A stretch of DNA of 64,000 nt from Deferribacterales bacterium (lineage in GTDB: Bacteria; Chrysiogenota; Deferribacteres; Deferribacterales; Geovibrionaceae). Below, piece after piece: positions 1 to 9,929 of this stretch. The first letter of the stretch is position 1. The number at the start of each line of letters is the position of its first letter. The translations under genes and the position numbers were made by a program. The notes beneath the pieces were generated by a model. It made no database searches, was not told the origin of the DNA, and saw only the letters and a program-made list of their open reading frames with translations. The stretch covers positions 1 to 64,000 of the forward strand of contig JBFWJG010000001.1 in NCBI GenBank assembly GCA_050253335.1, in the 5' to 3' direction.

Positions 1-910
1 TTATGCCGTTGCGGCTGAGCTTGCCATGGCGGATAAAAACACCGAGATGATGGATCCCGAGATTCTCCTCCGCAGCATAGAAAAACAGTGCGAGCAGGGG
101 ATCGACTACATCACGGTTCACTGCGGAGTGACCAAGGAATCAGTCGCCAGAATGGACAGAACAGACAGGGTCTGCGGAATAGTGAGCAGGGGCGGGTCAA
201 TCACAGCTAACTGGATCCGCAGAAACGGCAAAGAAAACCCGCTTTATGAATACTACGAAGATCTTCTGGATATAGCATATAAATATGATGTAACACTGAG
301 CCTTGGTGACGGCTTCCGTCCGGGCGCAATCGTTGACGCGTCCGACAGAGCCCAGATAGACGAGCTCATAATCCTCGGCGAACTTGCCAAGAGAGCGAAG
401 GAGCGCAATGTTCAGGTAATTATCGAAGGCCCCGGGCATGTTCCCCTTAACCAGATTGAGGCGAACATGACACTGCAGAAAACCCTCTGCGACGGTGCGC
501 CCTTCTATATCCTCGGCCCGCTCCCCACTGACATAGCCCCCGGCTACGACCATATAACCGCGGCAATCGGCGGAGCCATAGCGGGAGCCGCGGGTGCGGA
601 TTTCCTCTGCTATGTCACTCCGGCGGAGCATCTCTGCCTTCCGGATGAAAACGATGTGCGTGAAGGGGTTATTGCCTCCCGCATCGCAGGGCACATAGCA
701 GACATCGCAAAAGGCTACCCGGGTGCGATGGAACGTAATATACTTATGAGTAAATACAGAAAAGAGCTTAACTGGGAGGGGATGTTCTCCCTCGCCATAG
801 ACCCCGTTAAGGCAAGAGAAAAATTCGAAAGGAACAGGGATGTTGATTCCTGCTCCATGTGCGGGAAATTATGCGCAGTGAAGATAGACAAAAAGCTTCC
901 GACTATTTAA
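1..910 (+). CDS. thiC: Phosphomethylpyrimidine synthase ThiC (5' truncated by window edge)
   Basis: [30 protein letters not shown] and C-terminal CSMCGKLC Fe-S motif; frame open from position 2; next to thiE/thiL. Confidence 0.93.
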   Translation, partial: YAVAAELAMADKNTEMMDPEILLRSIEKQCEQGIDYITVHCGVTKESVARMDRTDRVCGIVSRGGSITANWIRRNGKENPLYEYYEDLLDIAYKYDVTLSLGDGFRPGAIVDASDRAQIDELIILGELAKRAKERNVQVIIEGPGHVPLNQIEANMTLQKTLCDGAPFYILGPLPTDIAPGYDHITAAIGGAIAGAAGADFLCYVTPAEHLCLPDENDVREGVIASRIAGHIADIAKGYPGAMERNILMSKYRKELNWEGMFSLAIDPVKAREKFERNRDVDSCSMCGKLCAVKIDKKLPTI

Positions 911-1515
911 GGCTTTACCTCGTTTTTGAGGAAGACATGCTCCAAGTGCCGCTGGATGAGTTTATTCCGGCGGTTATTGAGGGTGGTGTAACGGCAATCC
1001 AGCTCCGCAACAAGGGGGCTGACCTCCGCCGGACGCTCATTACCGGACACAGGATAATGGAGCTCATAGAAGGCACGGGCACTCTGTTTGTGGTGAATGA
1101 CAGAGTTGATCTTGCCCTTGCTCTGGGTGCTGAGGCTGTGCATCTTGGGATAAAGGACATCCCCCTTGAGGCGGCCGTGAACACATGGCCTGAAACGGTC
1201 TACGGCTATTCCTGCAACTGCTTAACGGATCTGGAAACGGCGGTGAACGGCGGTGCGTCATACATAGGCGTGGGGCCGGCGTTTAATACTGATACGAAGA
1301 AGGATCTCCGCCCTGTCATCGGGCCGGAGGGGATAAGGCTCATAACGGAAAGAAGCCCTCTGCCCGCCATCGCCATAGGCGGCATAAAGGCTTCTAACAT
1401 AAAGAATCTCAAAGGGATGGGGCTCTCCGGCGTGGCGGTTTCATCCGCACTTTGCGCCTCGGGCGATCCTTACTGCGATGCTAAGCTGATGCGTGAGCTT
1501 GCGGAGGAGCTTTGA
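871..1515 (+). CDS. thiE: Thiamine-phosphate synthase
   Basis: QLRNK, VNDRVD, VHLG, T-x-TK, AIGGI motifs; ATG at 871 overlaps thiC end. Confidence 0.92.
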   Translation: MRSEDRQKASDYLRLYLVFEEDMLQVPLDEFIPAVIEGGVTAIQLRNKGADLRRTLITGHRIMELIEGTGTLFVVNDRVDLALALGAEAVHLGIKDIPLEAAVNTWPETVYGYSCNCLTDLETAVNGGASYIGVGPAFNTDTKKDLRPVIGPEGIRLITERSPLPAIAIGGIKASNIKNLKGMGLSGVAVSSALCASGDPYCDAKLMRELAEEL

Positions 1516-2375
1516 AGGAATTTGCCTTTATCGAAAGCCTGAAAAGCCTGAGCCCAAAGGGCGGTCTGCACGGAATAGGCGATGATGCCGTTCTTGCTGA
1601 CGGGCTTCTGATAGCCAAGGATATTGTGACGGAGGGAGTGCACTTCACCGAAGGCGCTCCCCTGCAAAACATAATTTTCAGGCTTTTCACCGCGAATGTA
1701 AGCGACATAGCGGCAATGGGCGGAAGGGCGGAGAAGGCTCTCCTCGGTGTTGCCCTGCCGGAGTTTCTGGACAAGGCTAAGCTCGCTGAGGCCGTTCGCT
1801 ACGCATGTTCGTATTATGATATAAAACTCATCGGCGGGGACACCACCTCCTCCGTCTCGCACTTTTTCGCATCCCTTACCATAATCGGCTCCCCTTCGGA
1901 GAATGTTCTCGTGAGAAGCGGGGCAAAAGAGGGGGACGAGGTATATCTCTCCAGACCTGTGGGCGGGGCAGCGGCTATGCTTGCCCGTGAGCTTGCGGGG
2001 GAGAGGGTGTACGACCATTATCTTTACAAGGCGGAAACGGAGCTTGGGGAATACCTCGGCAGTTTCGGCGTTAATTCCTGCATAGATATAAGCGACGGTC
2101 TGGGGCGGGATGCCTCGCACATAGCAGAAGCAAGCGGAGTGCGCATCGAGCTTGATTCAAGGCTGATTCCCGAATACGGAATATCTGATGCAGTCAGCTC
2201 CGGCGAGGAATTCGCCCTCCTTTTTACAGTGCCCGAAAGCCGCGCGAAGGAGATGGAGGAACTCATCCACCGTGACCTCAAACGTCCTGTTTACCACATA
2301 GGCAAGGTCACAAAGGGCTCAGGAGTTTTCATGGACGGAGAGGATATTTCAGAAAAAGGGTGGGAGCACGCTTAG
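1512..2375 (+). CDS. thiL: Thiamine-monophosphate kinase
   Basis: GIGDDA, EGVHF, NVSDIAAMGG, GGDT, DISDGL, GEEFALLF, GWEH motifs; TTG start overlapping thiE stop. Confidence 0.93.
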   Translation: MKEFAFIESLKSLSPKGGLHGIGDDAVLADGLLIAKDIVTEGVHFTEGAPLQNIIFRLFTANVSDIAAMGGRAEKALLGVALPEFLDKAKLAEAVRYACSYYDIKLIGGDTTSSVSHFFASLTIIGSPSENVLVRSGAKEGDEVYLSRPVGGAAAMLARELAGERVYDHYLYKAETELGEYLGSFGVNSCIDISDGLGRDASHIAEASGVRIELDSRLIPEYGISDAVSSGEEFALLFTVPESRAKEMEELIHRDLKRPVYHIGKVTKGSGVFMDGEDISEKGWEHA

Positions 2376-2484
2376 AATCACATGCCTGCCCATTCAGCCC
2401 CTTTCTCTCCTTAACATTCCTTGCCTTTTCATTTAATTGCGTTTACCTTAAAATATCCGTTATCCAGAGAAATTAAGGAGCAAA

Positions 2485-4125
2485 ATGAGGGCATCAGTTG
2501 CCGTACTCGGCGGAGTAGGCGAAATCGGCATGAATATGTATGTTTATGAGACCGAGGACACGGCAGTTATAGTTGACTGCGGTGTGATGTTCGCGGACTA
2601 CACATACCCCGGTGTGGACTACATAATCCCCGACTTTACATACATAAGAGAGATACAGCACAAGCTTAAAGCGGTTCTTGTTTCCCACGGGCATGAGGAT
2701 CACATAGGCGCCCTGCCTTATTTCCTCAGCGAGTTCAATGTGCCTGTCTACGGCGGAAAGCTCTCACTGGGAATACTCGCCGCCAAGCTCGGCTCAAAGA
2801 GGGAGAAGGTGAGCCTGCTCCCTGTTGAATCGAGGGAAACGGTGAAAATAGCTGATTTCTCCGTGACCTTTCTCCCAGTCACCCACTCCATAGGGGACAC
2901 CTTTGCCATATATATAAAGCACGGGCCGTTCTCCGCCCTGCACTGCTCGGACTTCAAGATAGATTACACCCCCGTCTCAGGCGAACCCTTCAGGGAGGAC
3001 GATTTTGCGCCGCTCTCTGCGGGCGGGCTTACCTGCCTCCTGCTTGACTCCACAAACTCGCAGAACGAAGGGTTCACCAACTCCGAATCATCCATAAAGG
3101 CAGAGCTCAAGGACATAATCCGCAGTTCCCCCGGGCGTGTGTTTTTCACCACATTCTCCTCAAACCTTGACAGGCTCAGGCAGGTGATAGAAGCCGCCGA
3201 GGAGCTGGGGCGCAAGGTGGTTCTGGAAGGAGCCTCCATTGAGCGCAATGTGGACATAGCAAAGAAGATAGGCTATCTGGAGATACCTCCCAAGGCTGTG
3301 ATACAGCTTTCCACAGGCAAAAAAATGCCTGAAAACAAAGTCGTTTACATAATCACCGGCTGTCAGGGGGAAACCCAGAGCACCCTTTACCGCATAGCCT
3401 CCCGCGAGCGCAGAGATCTGAAAGTGGAACCCGGCGACACCTTCATAATCTCCTCCCGTGTTATCCCGGGAAATGAAAAGAACCTGAACAGGCTCATAAA
3501 CCTGATATATGAAAACGGCGGCGAGGTCATAGACACTGCCGCGCGGAAGATACACGTCTCCGGCCATGCTTCCCGAGGGGAGCTGACAAAAATGATGAAC
3601 CTTACCAGACCCTCGTACCTCATACCCGTACACGGCGAGGAGATGCATCTGGCTCACATGCGCAAAACCGCGATGAAGACAGGACATTTCGAACGGGAAA
3701 GCATTCTGCCTGTCAAAGACGGAATGAAGGCTGTTTTTGAGGGAGGAAAACTCGTAGCCGTTGACGATGTGCCCCACGGGGCTGTATATATTGACCAGCG
3801 GGGCAGAACCGTGATAGACGAGGAGCTGCTGAAAGACCGCAAAAGCCTTTGCCGTGACGGTGCAGTTGCCGTTACCGTGCTTTACAGCCCGCTTTACGAG
3901 AAGCTTGAGATGCCCCCCGTGATCAGGATAAAAGGCTTCCGCATAGACGACCGCACAACATTTGAGCTCAGAAAATATCTGAGCGACAACATGGCAAGCC
4001 TCATAGAAGAGGCGGACGGGGATTATGCCCTGCTAGAAGATTTTATTGAAAAACTTGTCAGGCGTTTTTTCAGAAAAAGTATGGACAGAAGGCCCGCAGT
4101 GGCGGCCGCTGTCGTGGAGGTATAA
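2485..4125 (+). CDS. rnj: Ribonuclease J
   Basis: LGGVGEIGMN, HGHEDHIG, DFKID, HVSGHA, PVHGE (MBL/beta-CASP); AAGGAG SD. Confidence 0.95.
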   Translation: MRASVAVLGGVGEIGMNMYVYETEDTAVIVDCGVMFADYTYPGVDYIIPDFTYIREIQHKLKAVLVSHGHEDHIGALPYFLSEFNVPVYGGKLSLGILAAKLGSKREKVSLLPVESRETVKIADFSVTFLPVTHSIGDTFAIYIKHGPFSALHCSDFKIDYTPVSGEPFREDDFAPLSAGGLTCLLLDSTNSQNEGFTNSESSIKAELKDIIRSSPGRVFFTTFSSNLDRLRQVIEAAEELGRKVVLEGASIERNVDIAKKIGYLEIPPKAVIQLSTGKKMPENKVVYIITGCQGETQSTLYRIASRERRDLKVEPGDTFIISSRVIPGNEKNLNRLINLIYENGGEVIDTAARKIHVSGHASRGELTKMMNLTRPSYLIPVHGEEMHLAHMRKTAMKTGHFERESILPVKDGMKAVFEGGKLVAVDDVPHGAVYIDQRGRTVIDEELLKDRKSLCRDGAVAVTVLYSPLYEKLEMPPVIRIKGFRIDDRTTFELRKYLSDNMASLIEEADGDYALLEDFIEKLVRRFFRKSMDRRPAVAAAVVEV

Positions 4126-4917
4126 ATGACAACAGGTATGGCTGTTCTGCTCGGGTTTATTCAGGGGCTCACAGAGTTTCTCCCCGTAAGCAGTTCAGGG
4201 CATCTTGTGCTTGCCCAGTCCCTTATGAGCGGGTTTTCCCAGCCGGGGCTTCTTTTTGACACTCTTCTCCATCTGGCGACACTTTTCGCAGTTCTCCTTT
4301 TCTTCCGTGAAAGGGTGAAGAACCTTATGCTGGCTTTTTTCGGCATATTTTTTCAGCAGCACAGGATAACTTACTATCAGAATAAAAACTTTCTCTGGGG
4401 AATAGTGATTGCCAGCATCCCTACGGCAATAATCGGACTTTCCCTTGAGCAAACAACCGAGCGTTTTTTTACAACCCCTTCTTTTGTGGGATATTTTCTT
4501 ATAGTCACGTCACTGCTTCTTGTTTTTTCGGATAAAATGAAGCCCAAAGGCGAGCTCAACCTGCCCCAATCGTTTATAATCGGCATAGTTCAGGGCATTG
4601 CGGTTATTCCGGGGATATCCCGCTCAGGCTCAACTGTGGCTGCGGGACTTTTTCTCGGTGTAAAAAGGGAGGACATGGCGGAGTTTTCGTTCCTTATGTC
4701 AGTTCCCGCGATATTCGGCGCGGCTCTTCTTCAGGTGCGCCATCTGGAGACTCTGCCCGTTGAACAGCTTCCCGCTTACGGCGCCGGAATGCTGGCGGCC
4801 TTTCTGAGCGGTCTTTGCGCAATCAGCTTTATGGTATATTTTATAAAGAAGGCGAGCCTCAGAATATTCGCACTTTACTGCCTCATACTGGGTATAACAG
4901 CTATAATATGGATGTAA
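4126..4917 (+). CDS. uppP: Undecaprenyl-diphosphate phosphatase (BacA)
   Basis: QGLTEFLPVSSSGH and PGISRSG motifs; hydrophobic. Confidence 0.95.
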   Translation: MTTGMAVLLGFIQGLTEFLPVSSSGHLVLAQSLMSGFSQPGLLFDTLLHLATLFAVLLFFRERVKNLMLAFFGIFFQQHRITYYQNKNFLWGIVIASIPTAIIGLSLEQTTERFFTTPSFVGYFLIVTSLLLVFSDKMKPKGELNLPQSFIIGIVQGIAVIPGISRSGSTVAAGLFLGVKREDMAEFSFLMSVPAIFGAALLQVRHLETLPVEQLPAYGAGMLAAFLSGLCAISFMVYFIKKASLRIFALYCLILGITAIIWM

Positions 4918-7166
4918 AAAGCAAAAAGAGCCTGCCCCTTGACATAATTTTTCTGCTGAGCATCGCCGCGCTGATTTTTCTGACGCTGTCCATATATTCC
5001 TACTCTCCGTCCGATCCGTCGTTTTCCCACATAATTTTCAGCGACTACGAGCTGAGGGTGAACAACCTTTTCGGGAAAACCGGAGCATATTTTGCCGACT
5101 TGGCTGGAACTTTCTTCGGCTGGGCGGCTTTGTGCATCCCCGTGTTTTTCTCAGGCACAGTCTACAGGCTGTATCTGCTGAGAAGCGGCAGGGAGGAAGG
5201 ACGCTTAGGCGCTGTTTACTCATTCATTGCCATGACGGTTTTTGTTTTCCTGCTTTCTGTTATGTCGGGCTTTTTCGGCGGGCAGGACTTTTTCTTCGAA
5301 TCCCAGTACACAGGGGGCATCTCCGGCAAGGCATCGTCAGATATTCTTGTATCTCTCCTCGGCAAAGCGGGGGGGATGATTGCCGCTTTCTTCCTGCTTG
5401 TCATCTCATTTATGGTTTTCTTCGCCGTGACCCTCAGCGACATGAAACAGGCGTTTCTCCGTGTTAAAACCGGAGTCAGTGAAGGAACAGGGAGCAAAGG
5501 GTTCAGGGGAATGTTCATCAACTCCAAACGCAATGTTGAAACCGCAGGGACGGAGAATACGGACGGCGGAATATATGAGGAGCCTGACGAAGACTATGTT
5601 CCTGTCACCAAACCTCTGGGGGATGAGTACTTCAAACAGGCTGAACCCGAAGAGGAGCAGTCTGTTTTCTCTGCCGCGGAAGAGGCTGAAGAAGAATTAT
5701 CCGAGCCTGCATCATTCCCCGCAAACGGCATAGACATCAAACCCAAGGAAACAGTGGAGCAGACAAGCGTTAAGTACGATGTTCCGTTAAACCTGCTGGA
5801 CAAACCCACGGGCAAGGTGCGCGGCGAATCGGACGAGGAACTGAAGCAGAAGGCCTCCATACTGGAGCAGAAGCTGAAAGACTTCGGAGTTCTGGGGAAA
5901 GTTCGGGAAATACGCCCGGGTCCTGTGGTGACCCTGTTTGAGTTTGAACCCGCACCCGGAATCAAAATAAACAAGATAGCAAACCTCTCTGATGATCTGG
6001 CTCTCGCCATGAGCGCCCTCAGCGTGAGGATAATAGCCCCCATCCCCGGTAAGTCCGTGGTGGGTATAGAGCTTCCCAACGAGAACAGGGAATCGGTGGT
6101 GCTGAGCGAACTGCTCACCTCGGTGAAATTCGCCGAAAGCCAGTCTCCGCTGACATTCGCCATGGGCAAGGATGCTTCCGGCAAGCCGTACATCTCCGAC
6201 CTTACAAAAATGCCCCACCTGCTCATAGCGGGCACAACAGGCAGCGGCAAATCAGTCTCTGTGAACGCCATGATCTGCTCTGTTCTGTATAAGTCATCGC
6301 CTCAGATGGTGAAGTTTGTAATGATCGACCCGAAAATGGTGGAGCTCAGCATATACGAAGGGATACCCCACCTCGCAGCACCGGTTGTGGTGGATGTGCG
6401 CAAGGCGGCTACCGTTCTCAAGAACGTTGTGCAGGAGATGGAATCCCGCTACAGCCTCCTTGCGGAAAGCAAGGTGAGAAATATAGACTCCTACAATCAG
6501 AAGTCAACTGCCGACGGGCATCCGAAAATGCCTTATCTCATTGTGGTTGTGGATGAGTTCGCGGATCTTATGATGGTTGCGGGCAAAGAGGTGGAGCAGT
6601 CGATCATCCGCATAGCACAGATGGCGCGCGCAGTGGGCATACACCTGATTCTCGCCACGCAGAGGCCGTCCGTCAACGTTATAACAGGAATAATCAAGGC
6701 GAACATGCCCGCCAGACTCTCGTTTAAGGTTTCATCAAAGATAGATTCCAGAACAATCATCGATTCCAACGGCGCGGAACTCCTCCTCGGCAGGGGCGAC
6801 AGCCTCTTCATCCCGCCCGGAACAAGCGAAACTGTCCGTGTCCACGGCTGTTTCGTCAGTGACGATGAGGTGGGCAGGATAACGGAACACCTCAAAACCC
6901 TCGGTGAACCGGAATACAACATGGATCTGGTGAAGGATGAGGAAGCGGGATTTGACGAGATAGACGAAGCGGAAATAGACGATAAATACTTCGAGGCGCT
7001 GGAACTGGTCAGACAGAAGGGCTTCGCCTCCATATCCATGATACAGCGATACCTGCGCATAGGCTACAACCGCGCAGCCCGTATAGTCGAGATTATGGAA
7101 CAGAAGGGTATAGTCGCTCCCTCAGACGGCACATCCAAACCCAGAGAAGTGATCAGGAAGGATTAG
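4908..7166 (+). CDS. ftsK: DNA translocase FtsK/SpoIIIE
   Basis: N-terminal TM domain, acidic linker, Walker A GTTGSGKS, VVVDEFAD, LATQRPS, gamma domain QRYLRIGYNRAAR; ATG 4908 chosen over 4815. Confidence 0.95.
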   Translation: MDVKSKKSLPLDIIFLLSIAALIFLTLSIYSYSPSDPSFSHIIFSDYELRVNNLFGKTGAYFADLAGTFFGWAALCIPVFFSGTVYRLYLLRSGREEGRLGAVYSFIAMTVFVFLLSVMSGFFGGQDFFFESQYTGGISGKASSDILVSLLGKAGGMIAAFFLLVISFMVFFAVTLSDMKQAFLRVKTGVSEGTGSKGFRGMFINSKRNVETAGTENTDGGIYEEPDEDYVPVTKPLGDEYFKQAEPEEEQSVFSAAEEAEEELSEPASFPANGIDIKPKETVEQTSVKYDVPLNLLDKPTGKVRGESDEELKQKASILEQKLKDFGVLGKVREIRPGPVVTLFEFEPAPGIKINKIANLSDDLALAMSALSVRIIAPIPGKSVVGIELPNENRESVVLSELLTSVKFAESQSPLTFAMGKDASGKPYISDLTKMPHLLIAGTTGSGKSVSVNAMICSVLYKSSPQMVKFVMIDPKMVELSIYEGIPHLAAPVVVDVRKAATVLKNVVQEMESRYSLLAESKVRNIDSYNQKSTADGHPKMPYLIVVVDEFADLMMVAGKEVEQSIIRIAQMARAVGIHLILATQRPSVNVITGIIKANMPARLSFKVSSKIDSRTIIDSNGAELLLGRGDSLFIPPGTSETVRVHGCFVSDDEVGRITEHLKTLGEPEYNMDLVKDEEAGFDEIDEAEIDDKYFEALELVRQKGFASISMIQRYLRIGYNRAARIVEIMEQKGIVAPSDGTSKPREVIRKD

Positions 7167-7347
7167 CATTCCCATGGAAGGGAATGCGCCGTGCGTAGCG
7201 AAGCCGTGTTCAGCACGGCGCGAGCGTGTGGAATAATCCGACAGGATGTACGGATTATTCCGGTAAGGACAGAACAGAAGGGTATAGTCGCCCCCTCAGA
7301 CGGCACATCCAAACCCAGAGAAGTGATCAGGAAGGATTAGCATTCCC
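7098..7347 (+). repeat. 76-bp direct repeat of the ftsK 3' end (7098-7173 and 7272-7347; period 174 bp)
   Basis: Identical except T7118/C7292 (GCT vs GCC, Ala). Confidence 0.95.
7166..7263 (+). repeat. GGA-loop multi-hairpin interspersed repeat, copy A
   Basis: GCATTCCC-ATGGAA-GGGAATGC; GCCGTGCGTAGCGAAGCC core; GGAATAATCCG-ACAGGATGTA-CGGATTATTCC; homologous to copies at 16.9, 18.9 and 56.7 kb. Confidence 0.9.
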
Positions 7348-7425
7348 TGCATTATGTGCGGATTATTCCGGCAAAAAAAGCGCGGGTTTTTGTATATTTC
7401 TATAGTTTTTTTGAGTGTCGATGCC

Positions 7426-7506
7426 GTCATTCTGAGGCTTCAGCCGAAGAATCTCTCAGTATTTATTGAGATTCTTCACTCCGCCAGCGGATGTCATGCT
7501 GATGAC
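7426..7506. repeat. REP-like GTCATTCTGAG...GAAGAATC element with inverted partner (GAGATTCTTCAC...GATGAC)
   Basis: Same motif at 17016, 18906, 56519; GAAGAATCTC/GAGATTCTTC inverted repeat. Confidence 0.8.
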
Positions 7507-7594
7507 ACAAGTATTTTCATACGGTATTTCTGGCTTTACTGCCCATAACACAATATAATAAAATTACCTGAAAAACTCATTTAAGGAAGGAACT

Positions 7595-8575
7595 ATGGCT
7601 GATTTAAGCGTGAACTACATGGGGCTCAAGCTGAAAAGCCCGATAATTCTCGGAAGCTCCACCATGTCCAAAACCACTGATAATATGAAAGCGGCAGAAA
7701 GCGAAGGGGCTGGCGCCGTTATTCTTAAATCTCTTTTCGAGGAAGAACTCAGGCAGGGGGATGCAGGCTACTCCGACAGCTTTCACCCGGAAGCCTACGA
7801 ATACATAATGAAAGATGCCCTGATGGTTTACGGAACAAAAGGGTACACCGAAAATATAGAAAAAACGAAAAAGGCCGTGCAGATCCCCGTTATCGCCAGC
7901 ATAAACTGCATGGGCGGCAAATGGTGGGCAGGCTTCGCCAAGGACATTGAAAACGCAGGGGCTGACGCCGTTGAACTTAACATAGCCTATGTGCCGTTCA
8001 GCATCAAAGATGACCCCAGAGAGGTCGAGCAGAGATACATAGACACCGTAAAGGCTGTGAAGTCCGAAGTGAAGATACCCGTTGCGGTTAAAATAGGCCC
8101 CAACTTCACATCAATCCCCTATATGGCGGCAAAACTGAAGGAAGCGGGCGCGGACAGCCTCACTCTCTTCAACAGATACTACCAAATGGCGATAGACACC
8201 GATACTCTGAAGCTCAAACCCGTGCACTACTACAGCACCGAGAACGAAACCTATAATGTTCTGCGTTGGGTGTCCGTGATAACTTCGCAGCTCGGCATAA
8301 ATGTCAGTTCCTCCACGGGCGTGCATACCGCCTCAGCGGTTCTCCAGCATGTCCTTGCGGGTGCTTCCGCCGTGCAGATGGTTTCAGAGGTTTATAAAAA
8401 CGGCTTCGGGCGCATCTCCGCAATACTCGAAGAGGTTGACCAGTGGCTTGAACTCCGCAAAAAAGCATCCCTCGCCGATATACGCGGCCTTGCATCCAAG
8501 AAGAACGCAGGGGAGCACATGGGCTTTGAGCGTACTCAGTACATGAAAATAGCCGAGGCAATGCTTGTTCAGTAG
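7595..8575 (+). CDS. Dihydroorotate dehydrogenase-like FMN oxidoreductase
   Basis: MGLKLKSPI, GAGAVILKSLFEE, PVIASIN, ELNI, PVAVK, LAGASAVQ. Confidence 0.85.
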   Translation: MADLSVNYMGLKLKSPIILGSSTMSKTTDNMKAAESEGAGAVILKSLFEEELRQGDAGYSDSFHPEAYEYIMKDALMVYGTKGYTENIEKTKKAVQIPVIASINCMGGKWWAGFAKDIENAGADAVELNIAYVPFSIKDDPREVEQRYIDTVKAVKSEVKIPVAVKIGPNFTSIPYMAAKLKEAGADSLTLFNRYYQMAIDTDTLKLKPVHYYSTENETYNVLRWVSVITSQLGINVSSSTGVHTASAVLQHVLAGASAVQMVSEVYKNGFGRISAILEEVDQWLELRKKASLADIRGLASKKNAGEHMGFERTQYMKIAEAMLVQ

Positions 8576-8584
8576 GCAGAATTA

Positions 8585-9925
8585 ATGAAGATATTCATAG
8601 CAGGCGCAGGCGAGGTGGGGTTCCACATCGCCGAACAGCTTATACTTGAAAACCGCGATGTGGTCGTTATCGAACGTGACAAGGAGCGTGCCAAACACGC
8701 TTCAAATCACCTTGACTGCATGGTGATAAATGATGACGCAACCAATATTGAAGTACTGAAAGAGGCGGGGCTCGCCAGAGCTTCCGCCTTTATTTCCGCC
8801 ACCGATTCCGACGAAGTGAACATGATAAGCTGTTTTGTTGTGGCAAGCGAGTTCAATGTTCCGCTGAAAATTGCCCGAGTAAAAAGCCTTAAATACACCG
8901 GAACCCGCATATTCAGCGGCGGCTACGGGGTGGATTATATAGTCAATCCCGAAATCGAGGCGGCGAAAGCCATCATAAACAACATTCAGCACGGCGCGAC
9001 AAGCGACATTTTCAGCTTTGATGACAGTGATATACAGCTCCGTGATATTTATATCGATGATGAGCACTTCCTTCTAGGCAAAAAGCTCAAAGAGATAAAA
9101 GGCACGCTGAAGGAAGAGTTTATCGTGGCGGGGATAATCCGTGACGATGAAATAATAATTCCCGACGGCGAAACGGTTATCGGAGAGGGGGATCATGTGT
9201 TTATCGTGGCTTCCGTTTCCACTTTCGAGAAAATCCTTGCCAAGACCGGAACTCCCAAGAAGCGTATAAAGACTGTGGTCATAGTCGGTGCGGGAAGGAT
9301 GGGCAGGTATGTCACGGAGAAGCTTCTAAGGCTCGGCCGCAGGGTCAAGATTGTTGACAGGGATTACGAACTCTGCAAGAGAGTCGCCTCAGACTTTCCG
9401 GACGCTCTGGTCATAAACGGGGATATATCAGACAAAAGTGTCTTTGAGGATGAAGCTTTTGCGGACAATGACCTGATAGTCACCACCACAAGCAACGAAG
9501 AGCTTAATATCCTCACGGCTATTTACGCCAAATCCCTCGGCGTCAAAAAAGCCATAGCTCTGGTAAACAAGACAAACTATCTTCATATCTCCGCTGAGCT
9601 GGGGCTGAACGCCACTGTGAGCCCTAAGCTGAGCTCCGTAAACGCTATTCTCAAGTTCATGCGTCAGGGGAATATTCTCAATGTTTTCAAAATTTTCGAC
9701 GGCAGGGCGGAGGTTACGGAATTCAGCCTTTCAGCAAAGAACGAACTCTGCGGAAAGACGCTGAAGGATGTGAAATTTCCGGCCGGTTCTCTTGTGGCGG
9801 CTGTTTCCAGAGGCTCCAGAAACCTTATCCCTGACGGAAACTTTGTCTTCAGGGAAAAGGACAGGATTGTCACTTTCTCGGTCAAGGAAGCGTCCTCCTC
9901 GCTGTCAGAGATGTTTTCCGGCTGA
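8585..9925 (+). CDS. trkA: Trk potassium uptake regulatory subunit (two RCK domains)
   Basis: Two GAGxxG Rossmann motifs each followed by TrkA_C; upstream of trkH. Confidence 0.93.
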   Translation: MKIFIAGAGEVGFHIAEQLILENRDVVVIERDKERAKHASNHLDCMVINDDATNIEVLKEAGLARASAFISATDSDEVNMISCFVVASEFNVPLKIARVKSLKYTGTRIFSGGYGVDYIVNPEIEAAKAIINNIQHGATSDIFSFDDSDIQLRDIYIDDEHFLLGKKLKEIKGTLKEEFIVAGIIRDDEIIIPDGETVIGEGDHVFIVASVSTFEKILAKTGTPKKRIKTVVIVGAGRMGRYVTEKLLRLGRRVKIVDRDYELCKRVASDFPDALVINGDISDKSVFEDEAFADNDLIVTTTSNEELNILTAIYAKSLGVKKAIALVNKTNYLHISAELGLNATVSPKLSSVNAILKFMRQGNILNVFKIFDGRAEVTEFSLSAKNELCGKTLKDVKFPAGSLVAAVSRGSRNLIPDGNFVFREKDRIVTFSVKEASSSLSEMFSG

Positions 9926-9929
9926 TTCC

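Noticed and set aside
1..910. BzaF/BzaAB (B12 lower ligand) identity for the ThiC homologue
   Set aside because: Direct operonic link to thiE and thiL favours thiC
7098..7347. DGR template/variable repeat pair at ftsK or PilZ ends
   Set aside because: Mismatches are not adenine-specific, are synonymous, and no reverse transcriptase is in the window
7098..7347. Prophage/ICE attL-attR
   Set aside because: Only about 98 bp lie between the repeats and there is no integrase; at most a scar
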